DNA of 63,798 bases, counting the filler, from Octopus bimaculoides (Eukaryota), in assembly GCF_001194135.2 (NCBI RefSeq). It is 7 parts of 7 records of this genome, joined end to end, with 100 filler letters (N's around TTAATTAATTAA, not from the genome) between each part and the next. Parts side by side here need not be neighbours in the genome. Positions count along the whole stretch, not along the records: positions 1 to 15,063 come from NC_068983.1; positions 15,164 to 25,771 come from NC_068992.1; 5 more parts are not named here. One strand, 5' to 3'. The notes below the pieces were generated by a model, which had not been told where the DNA came from, searched no databases, and worked only from the letters and a program-made list of their open reading frames with translations. Positions 12,039 to 21,063 of this stretch are shown piece after piece (position 1 is the first letter of the stretch; every line of letters starts with the position of its first letter). Position numbers and translations under genes: made by a program.

Positions 12039-12233
12039 GATTTAAATGTCATTTTCAAGCAGATTGAACATAAAAGTTCCCTTGTTGGATTGTTTGCCAT
12101 ACTAGAGAGCATTGAAGTGAATATCCATATTTTTGTAGGATCATTCGATACCAAAAATATTGATATTTACTTTGACAAACGATCCAACAAGGGAAGTTTT
12201 ATGTTCGTTCTGCTAGAAAATGATATCTAAATC
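12039..12233. repeat. Fold-back element (MITE-like): 61-bp inverted arms 12039-12099 and 12173-12233
   Basis: Arms match at 53/61 positions by manual alignment, 73-nt spacer. Confidence 0.75.
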
Positions 12234-13089
12234 ACAAAAGCAAAATAAACATATGAATAAATTGGCAATGAAAGTTGGGATATACACAAGAGTGGAATAA
12301 TCGCCAAAGGAAATTTTGTGATTCTCGGGTTGCTTTATCAGGACTAATTCAGGGCAAAATAAGAACAACTTAATAAGCCAAGAAACATACACACACGGAT
12401 ACACGCACAGACGCATGCACCCACAAAACACACACACACGGATACATGCACAGACGCATGCACCCACAAAACACACACACACACACTTTTATATTTGTAG
12501 CTATCCAGTAGAGTGACAAGTTGCTGAGACACCCTGACCATGGGATTGCACTGAGGCACAAGTCCGGGCAAGGTTGTTTATGGAAGACCAGCACTTGCCC
12601 ATGCATACCGGTCTCCCCTCTCCATGCCACCAGTGTTATCCAAGGGAAAGGCAAAGGGGCCGATACAGCTTGGCACCTGTGATGTTGTAACTCATTTCTA
12701 CAGCTGAGAGAACTGGAGCAACGTGTAATAAAGTGTCTTGCTCAAGAACACAACATGCAGCCCGGTCTGGGATTCGAACTCACAACCTCGCGATCGTAAG
12801 CTCAACACTCTAACCACTGAGCCATGCACCTTCACTGAGTGACAAGTAACTGACAGCTAAGTGTGCAAATGCCTAAGCTATTAATGTTTGAGGAGGAAAG
12901 GCAAGAGGTACATCTCTGATGATCAATCAACTTAGTGTGAAACAGCCTGACAGAAGACTTACTCCCTTTCCTCAACAGTTGGATGGAATGTATAATTTTA
13001 TACTTAATTTATAATTATATATAATTACATTTCACATCAAAGGCTTTCTAATTTGTTTCGATTTAATTCAGTATATTTAATTCATGCCA

Positions 13090-13600
13090 GCATCATACCA
13101 CCAGTACCACTACCCTCACCACTGCTACCACTGCTACCACCACCACCACCACCACCACCACCACCACCACTACTGATACAACCACCACCNNNNNNNNNNN
13201 NNNNNNNNNNNNNNNNNNNNNNNNNNNNNNNNNNNNNNNNNNNNNNNNNNNNNNNNNNNNNNNNNNNNNNNCATCACCGCCAACACCAACACCAACACCA
13301 CCACCACCACCACCACCACACACCACCACCACCACCACCACCACCAGTCATTATCATCACCACAACCCACCATCAATGCTACCACTGCCGCTTCCGTTGC
13401 CGCCTCCACTTCCGTTGCTTCTGCTGCCACTGCCTCTGTTGTCGCTTACCACCACCACCCCCGTCGTCGTTACTGCTGCTTCCATCATCGCTGTCGCCTC
13501 CATCATCGCTGCCGCCTCCACTCTACCACCGCCACTGTTCTGCAGCCACCAACAATCTGCCACCACCACCACCACTGTCACATCGGGCTCCATATGTCTG
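13090..13600. repeat. (CAC)n/(CAT)n-type trinucleotide low-complexity array with a gap
   Basis: Direct inspection. Confidence 0.9.
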
Positions 13601-14129
13601 TTTCGATATGCTTTCTATGGCCTGCATGCCCTTCCTAACACCAACCACTTTACAGAGTACACCAGAGTATACTTTTCACGCGACACCACCACAATTTCTT
13701 TTTATGTGGCACCAACATTATTGCACATAAATGCACACACATAAATGCACACACCTACCCCGCCACACACATATATCGATCAGGAAAACATAAATATCAT
13801 ATATAGGTCATACTTTGTGCTCAGTGACTGTTTCATTAAGATAAACATCATAAAATGTATAATTATATAATTGTGATACATAATTATACAATTATAAAGT
13901 TATTTTTGTTGCTCTGTAAGATCATTTTAGTCGATTATGTATTACAGATTTTCTCTAATGTAATAAGACCGAGTTTAACAATCTGTTATTAATTGAGTTT
14001 TTAATTACTGTGATTTTTTTTTATGTGATACATCAATGCTTTATATGAGCACACATGCTGATTATAAACTTTTATATGGAAGTGCCATGATTTTCTTGCA
14101 AAAAATTGGTCATTGACTGCTCTTGATAT

Positions 14130-14409
14130 AGTTCTATATATAAGAGATGAGGAATTCTGTACATTATTTACATTATTTACATTATTTACGTTATTTACAT
14201 TTGACGATATTTGTCCTCATCTTGTTTGTTGTTAACACAACGTTTTGGCTGATATACCCTCCAGCCTTCTTCAGGTGTCTTGGGAAAATTTCAAACCTGG
14301 GTTCTCATTCCGAAGGTATTTTTCGATGTTATTGTTATTAGTGTTCAGGTCACTGCTTGGACTCGAACTCAGAATCTTGGGGTTAGTAACCCGCACTCTT
14401 AACCACTAC
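14130..14409 (-). mobile_element. tRNA-head/(AAT)n/hammerhead composite element, copy 3 (near full length)
   Basis: Head at about 14345-14409, hammerhead at 14234-14279, (ATGTAAATA)n tail at about 14160-14200. Confidence 0.85.
14234..14279 (-). ncRNA. Minimal type I hammerhead motif (GAAAC mutated to AAAAC)
   Basis: Minus strand: gacac-CTGAAGA-a-ggctg-gagggtatat-cagcc-AAAAC-GTT-gtgtt. Confidence 0.55.
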
Positions 14410-14430
14410 TCAGTCAATAATTGCCCACAG

Positions 14431-14519
14431 GCATATGGCATAGTGGTTAAGACCGCGGGCTACTAACCTCAAGATTCCGAGTTCGATTCCAAGCAGTGAC
14501 CTGAACACTAATAATAATC

Positions 14520-14564
<45 letters not shown>

Positions 14565-14692
14565 TTAACATCGAAAAATACCTTAGAAATGAGAACCCAG
14601 GTTTGAAATTTCTCCAAGACACCTGAAGAAGGCTGGAGGGTATATCAGCCGAAGCGTTGTGTTAACAACAAACAAGATGAGGACAAAATATC
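14431..14692 (+). mobile_element. tRNA-head/(AAT)n/hammerhead composite element, copy 4, head-to-head with copy 3
   Basis: A-box tggcatagtgg, B-box gagttcgattcc, (AAT)n at about 14510-14566, hammerhead at 14618-14663. Confidence 0.85.
14618..14663 (+). ncRNA. Minimal type I hammerhead motif (GAAAC mutated to GAAGC)
   Basis: gacac(14618-22) CTGAAGA(14623-29) a ggctg-gagggtatat-cagcc GAAGC GTT gtgtt(14659-63). Confidence 0.55.
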
Positions 14693-15063
14693 CATCGAAT
14701 GGAAATAATATGCCAAACTTACAAATATTTGTAGAACACTTTATGATTTTATGCTTCGGGTTGGGCCTATCGAAATGTGTTATTTTCAACACATAGCAAG
14801 GTCGGTAGGTAGGTAGGTGGATATGTAAGGAAGGAAGCAGGCAGATAGACTGGTAGACATAGAAGCAGACAAACAGGTAGACAGACAGACAGAGAGATGG
14901 TGAATGAATGGATGGATGGGTAGATGGATGGATAGGTAGGTAGGTAGGTAGGTAGATAGATAGATAGATACATTTCTTTTATTAGCCACACAGGGCTCAA
15001 CGAAGATGGGACAAATACAATGTAGAGCTTTTCTTTTTGGGAGGGGGAAGGAAGGAAAAAAAA

Positions 15064-15163
15064 NNNNNNNNNNNNNNNNNNNNNNNNNNNNNNNNNNNNN
15101 NNNNNNNTTAATTAATTAANNNNNNNNNNNNNNNNNNNNNNNNNNNNNNNNNNNNNNNNNNNN
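15064..15163. other. Artificial assembly linker N44-TTAATTAATTAA-N44 (12-mer at 15108-15119; also at 25816, 46759, 51892, 58306, 62721)
   Basis: The identical palindromic 12-mer, with TAA in all six frames, sits in the middle of six equal-sized N blocks. Confidence 0.95.
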
Positions 15164-15886
15164 GTGTATGTATGTTTGTAAGTATATATATATGTGTGTA
15201 TATGTGTACAAATCTACGTATATGTAAGCATGTATAATTGTGTATGTATTTGTATAAAACCATATGTATGCGTTATTAGGCTCTGTATGTAAGTACATAT
15301 TTCTATATGTATGTGTATGTATGTATATATGCGTGTATGTGTGTTTATGTATGTGTACATGTGTGTATGTGTATGTGTGTGTGTACAAATATATATATGT
15401 ATATACAAGTGCACATATGTATGTATATGTATATACATATATATATGTGTGTGTGTATCAGTATGCATGTATGTGTGTGTTTGTGTATGTGTATTTATGT
15501 ATGCATGTACGCTCTCACACATTTATAGCGTCCAATTCTCTAACGGTTTTTTGTTTTCATAATCGGTCATAATGTCTTACGTTTAAGATGATTCCCATGC
15601 TTTCCCTGATGAGAAGGTTACAATTTTAATATCAAAGATCCCTATGGATCACACAGGCTGTAATCCTTTGAAACATATGTAGGAATAAAGTATGCAATTA
15701 TAACATGCGTTTTCTCCATTCTTTAAATTCTTAAATATACTCAAATACCCAAAATTTCAAGGAGTTCCTGCCTTAAAAACAGGAACTAAACCACAGTTAT
15801 TTTGTGTTCTTTGCTACATTGCTTTCTATTAACCCATTTATTCTATCAGAAGAATTTTTATTCATTAAGATAGAAGAAATACACAT

Positions 15887-15917
<31 letters not shown>

Positions 15918-18076
15918 AAATTTCTTGCTGAGCTTGCTACCATCTTGGCCTTGCTTACCATATCTTTGTACATGTCTGGAATGGTTCATACAAAACATTT
16001 ATCTACAGCATGATTTCCTGCGGGCATTAAACACATATAAAGTAGAAATGTTCGTTCCTAGCTAAGTACTTCTATTATAGTTATTTAACAATAAATATTC
16101 CGTCTGTTTCTAAATCAACAACTTTCAAGACTTGATCCATCATCGGTTCATAACCTATGTAACTGGTCTATCTGTTACCTTTGTATTTCTAGCAGTAAAC
16201 AATGACAAAAGTAGACCACCCACATCTTCATTCTCAACATGTTCGCTACTATCCGTCCTGGAACGGCTGCTTTCCCATTCTTCTTGATTTTTGAACTGTT
16301 TACTATCCTGAATCTAAGGTCTTTCACTTGGTCCCGGAGAGGAGTTCATTATCTAAAACATCTTTAGTTTATTATTATCGCTTTTAGATAGGAGAAAAAG
16401 TGAGAAATCTACGATAAATATGGAAGTGCATTAGTTCAAAACGACAGAATAAATACCTTTATGTATTACATACGTCCCTTTATGTTCTGAGTTGAAATCC
16501 AAACCTGGTCAACTTTGTTTTTTTATACTTCTGGAATCGAAAAAATGGTTAATGTTTACCTGTGAAATACTGGCATCAATTTAAATGATTAACAAATCGC
16601 TAGCCTTTTTATTAAAGTAATCAGTTCGCAGTTGTATGACGAAAATTTTGAGACTTTATGAAATAAACTGAAATTAAAATGGAATTTAAAAGGCTTGTGT
16701 TAGGAATGGATTTTTTTCATGCTATTATTTCAGCTTCACCAGTCTTTTCACTCTGTAAAGTGTTGTATGAGCTATTAATCTAACTCTTAACATCAATGTT
16801 CCGTTGTAGAATGACTATTATGTCTCCGAAAAGTTACTCAACAACGATCATTGTTTCTTAGTACAGAGAAATAAAATAATATAAAATACGAATAAATGCA
16901 ATACGAACGAATCTTACATAAAATATTTTCTGAAGAAGTTGCCTCCCTGGTTTACAAAACTAATTGACTTGAAAGCTATTCATTTATTTATAAATGTAAG
17001 GATATATTTAAAAGAAAAAAAAATATATATATCTCGAAGAAAAAATCGAATCAAAAAAGGAGGGGTTAGTTTCTAGTTAAACATGTGATTTAATTACATT
17101 TTGCATTTAGCAAAAGGTAAAAAAATTAAAAGACACAAGACAATGGTGGAGAATGTAAGAAAAACCCCGCCAAAAAAAAAACGAAATGAAAAATTACTTA
17201 AAAATAGATATTTTACTGCTGTCAATTCTCTGCACCACCTTGAAACAAAAACCATTTGATTGACTTAATATATTAGCATTGCCGAAAACAAGACATTTCT
17301 TATAAAAACAAATATCTTGTTGTTAAAATTAAAAATTAAACAAAAACATGATTATTTATTTGAAAGTTTTTGGAAGTGTTATTTATGAATGCCAATGCTA
17401 TGTCTGTCTCCCGACCGGAGTTAATCTAGAACAAAACAACCATATATATATNNNNNNNNNNNNNNNNNNNNNNNNNNNNNNNNNNNNNNNNNNNNNNNNN
17501 NNNNNNNNNNNNNNNNNNNNNNNNNNNNNNNNNNNNNNNNNNNNNNNNNNNNNNNNNNNNNNNNNNNNNNNNNNNNNNNNNNNNNNNNNNNNNNNNNNNN
17601 NNNNNNNNNNNNNNNNNNNNNNNNNNNNNNNNNNNNNNNNNNNNNNNNNNNNNNNNNNNNNNNNNNNNNNNNNNNNNNNNNNNNNNNNNNNNNNNNNNNN
17701 NNNNNNNNNNNNNNNNNNNNNNNNNNNNNNNNNNNNNNNNNNNNNNNNNNNNNNNNNNNNNNNNNNNNNNNNNNNNNNNNNNNNNNNNNNNNNNNNNNNN
17801 NNNNNNNNNNNNNNNNNNNNNNNNNNNNNNNNNNNNNNNNNNNNNNNNNNNNNNNNNNNNNNNNNNNNNNNNNNNNNNNNNNNNNNNNNNNNNNNNNNNN
17901 NNNNNNNNNNNNNNNNNNNNNNNNNNNNNNNNNNNNNNNNNNNNNNNNNNNNNNNNNNNNNNNNNNNNNNNNNNNNNNNNNNNNNNNNNNNNNNNNNNNN
18001 NNNNNNNNNNNNNNNNNNNNNNNNNNNNNNNNNNNNNNNNNNNNNNNNNNNNNNNNNNNNNNNNNNNNNNNNNNNN

Positions 18077-18960
18077 CCACGCAGTCTGTTGTTATGGATC
18101 AAGTCGGTCTTGGTACAGAGGCAATAGTTAACTGGTATAACTATTTCCGAGATGTCTGTGCCATGTGGTGCATCGATCACCCTACGAAGATTGGAGGGGA
18201 AGGAGTTAAGGTGGATATCGCCGAGTCAAAATTTATGCACCGCCAATATCATCGTGGTCGATATAAGGAGGGCCATTGGATTCTGGGAATGGTGGAGCGC
18301 CACAGTCTTAATTCTGTCCTTGTACCTGTTCCTGATCAAAGTGGTGCCACTTTGCTACCTATCATCCTTAAACATGTGTTACCAGGCACCTGCATAGTAA
18401 CGGATGGTTGTCATTCCTATGAAAAACTTCCAGAATCAGCTGATCACTGTCTTCAGTTTATGGATCCCAAAGATGAAAAACGCAACAGAAACACAACAGA
18501 AGGAACGTGGAATAACGTCAAGAATAGATATAAACATTTGTATGGACATTCCGATAATCTGTTCTCGACTTACCTGCAAGAATTCAGTTGGCGTCGTGTT
18601 CACAAAAATAATACATTTATGTCGTTTATCTACTGGATTCGGCATTATTATCCTGTGTAATGATTTATTTTACTGGTAAAAAGCCATTTTTTAAAATCCA
18701 CTTCTGACTTTGGCGCTATTTTCGGATTACGGGTCCCGTCCATTTATTGTGATAAACTTGGAAACCATGGAAGATAAAATCAAGAATGTAAATAATTTTG
18801 TTATTGATTACTTTCGTTCTTTCAATACAAACAAATATTGATGGCGATGAATATTTTTGAAATTACGCGTAAAAAAAAAAAGAAAAAACAAGAAGTCCTG
18901 CAAAAACAAATTCGGATTTTGGCCCAAAATCCAGTAACCTAAAACTAATAAACTATTTTT
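18077..18960 (+). mobile_element. Merlin (IS1595/ISXO2-like) DNA transposon: transposase C-terminal part (ORF 18094-18660) and 3' flank
   Basis: IVNWYNYFRDVC..IGGEGVKVDIAESKF..YHRGR..WILGMVER..TLLPIILKHVLPGTCIVTDG..NTTEGTW..YLQEFSWR, the ISXO2-like DDE pattern. Confidence 0.88.
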
Positions 18961-19022
18961 TTATATTCATCTAAAATTCGTTTTTGTTTTTCAGTTTTAT
19001 TTCGCGGGTATTTTATATACAT

Positions 19023-20422
19023 TGTGGTATGACGTCAGTGCCTGGGGAGGCTGACCGGAAGGGGAAAAAGGGCAGAGGGAGCCTCGATCGGGATTCGTGC
19101 CCTTTTCGAACGGGGTTGTGGTCAGGACAAGACGTGTTTAGCGACGGTCTAGGTTTGGGAGAGGCAGCTGCTATTCCTGGTGTACTTTGGGTCGGGGCAA
19201 GCTTCAAGGATTGGATACCGCAAGATAGACTCGCAGTCGAGGTAAGGCGATTACATCTACTCGTACGCACACACCACAAGCTATTTCGGCCCCACGTGCA
19301 GAAATTCGCCGCGATGGCAGCCACCAAGATTAGGATCGCCAGCGATGTGATCAGGCCTTTTAATGGCGAAGGAGATGTNNNNNNNNNNNNNNNNNNNNNN
19401 NNNNNNNNNNNNNNNNNNNNNNNNNNNNNNNNNNNNNNNNNNNNNNNNNNNNNNNNNNNNNNNNNNNNNNNNNNNNNNNNNNNNNNNNNNNNNNNNNNNN
19501 NNNNNNNNNNNNNNNNNNNNNNNNNNNNNNNNNNNNNNNNNNNNNNNNNNNNNNNNNNNNNNNNNNNNNNNNNNNNNNNNNNNNNNNNNNNNNNNNNNNN
19601 NNNNNNNNNNNNNNNNNNNNNNNNNNNNNNNNNNNNNNNNNNNNNNNNNNNNNNNNNNNNNNNNNNNNNNNNNNNNNNNNNNNNNNNNNNNNNNNNNNNN
19701 NNNNNNNNNNNNNNNNNNNNNNNNNNNNNNNNNNNNNNNNNNNNNNNNNNNNNNNNNNNNNNNNNNNNNNNNNNNNNNNNNNNNNNNNNNNNNNNNNNNN
19801 NNNNNNNNNNNNNNNNNNNNNNNNNNNNNNNNNNNNNNNNNNNNNNNNNNNNNNNNNNNNNNNNNNNNNNNNNNNNNNNNNNNNNNNNNNNNNNNNNNNN
19901 NNNNNNNNNNNNNNNNNNNNNNNNNNNNNNNNNNNNNNNNNNNNNNNNNNNNNNNNNNNNNNNNNNNNNNNNNNNNNNNNNNNNNNNNNNNNNNNNNNNN
20001 NNNNNNNNNNNNNNNNNNNNNNNNNNNNNNNNNNNNNNNNNNNNNNNNNNNNNNNNNNNNNNNNNNNNNNNNNNNNNNNNNNNNNNNNNNNNNNNNNNNN
20101 NNNNNNNNNNNNNGAGGGAATGCGCCGAATCGGGGCCCGTCTGCTATCGATGCAGGAAGACTGGGCACATCGCCCGTGATTGCGACCAGGGAAACGACCG
20201 TGGGGAAGTTGCTGCCTCTCAAACTTTCCCCGCAACCAAGTAGAGGCGCTGCCCGTGGTCGGAGTCGAGGTCGAGGGGAAGAAGTTCAAGGCCCTCGTGG
20301 ACACGGGTTGCACGACTACCCTCGTGACGCCAAGGGTGGCGAAGAAATGGGATGGGACGAGTAGCGTCCGGGCGGTCGACGGTAGAGAGATCCGTTGCAG
20401 GGGCAGCTCCAGTCTGGAGATA
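19023..20422 (+). mobile_element. Ty3/gypsy LTR retrotransposon 5' fragment: putative LTR (19023-19278), gag with CCHC knuckle (ATG 19314, stop 20243), aspartic protease
   Basis: CYRCRKTGHIARDC zinc knuckle, KALVDTGCTTTLV protease active site, tgtggt..accaca termini. GC-rich against an AT-rich background and truncated after the protease. Confidence 0.85.
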
Positions 20423-20865
20423 GGATCACCGGTGATCTTTGAGTTTAGCGTTTCACTTAGATTTTGAGTTAGAGCAGTTAATTTCAAAGTGAAAATGAAG
20501 CAGTTAACAATAGATAGAACAAATAAGAGTAAACTGTCGCCAAAACAGTTAATATTTTAAAGGAATTGGTACTTTTCGGTATGCCGTGACGTCCATCTAC
20601 ATTCATGAATTTCAAAACTTCTGAGGTCAGCTTCTCCTTCCATCCTTGAGCTATCGATAAAATAAGTGGAATCGATGTAATCGACACAACCTCTCCGTAA
20701 AATATCAATAGCTTTGTGTCTGGTAATCACTATTGTCGTCTTTATGATGTTTATAATATTATGAAATACTCAAGCCGAGAGAATTAAGAAGAGCTGCGCC
20801 TCCGTGTTCCAATAACTTCAAAAGTCTCGTGTTGAGGTTAAAACAAAATATATATATATATACCG

Positions 20866-21059
20866 GAGTAAGCACATGAAATGTGCAACAAGTTGGAAAA
20901 AAGAGTACTCAAATACCAGAGGTAGAGTAATATGCTTTATTTAAAAGCAGCAGAAATATAACAAAAGACTGTTAATCTGAGTTTCACGTTCCCGTTCATC
21001 GGACAGTTTTGTTAGATTTTCTAAGTCTTTTGTTATATTTCTGCTGCTTTTAAATAAAG
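20866..21059 (-). mobile_element. Penelope-like pseudo-LTR fragment with hammerhead-like motif and a 36-bp perfect inverted duplication
   Basis: 20935-20970 and 21024-21059 are exact reverse complements. Hammerhead-like core at 20960-21013. Confidence 0.6.
20960..21013 (-). ncRNA. Minimal hammerhead-like motif, second family (CCGATGA core variant)
   Basis: Minus strand: aacaaaactgt-CCGATGA-acg-ggaa-cgt-GAAAC-tcaga-TTA-acagtcttttgtt. Stems I and II pair, stem III is imperfect. Confidence 0.5.
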
Positions 21060-21063
21060 TATA

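Noticed and set aside
13053-13744. Pro/His/Thr-rich ORFs suggesting an extensin- or mucin-like protein
   Set aside because: (CAC)n repeat field open in several frames, with no splice or homology support.
14431-14510. tRNA-like cloverleaf heads (this and the SINE A, C and D heads) as real tRNA genes
   Set aside because: No proper acceptor stem, and they are fused to repeat bodies, so they are SINE heads.
15632-15652. Minus-strand VIHRDL, resembling the kinase catalytic loop missing from PLK1
   Set aside because: Followed at once by TGA, on the wrong strand, on a different assembly piece, with no surrounding kinase similarity. Treated as a chance 6-mer.
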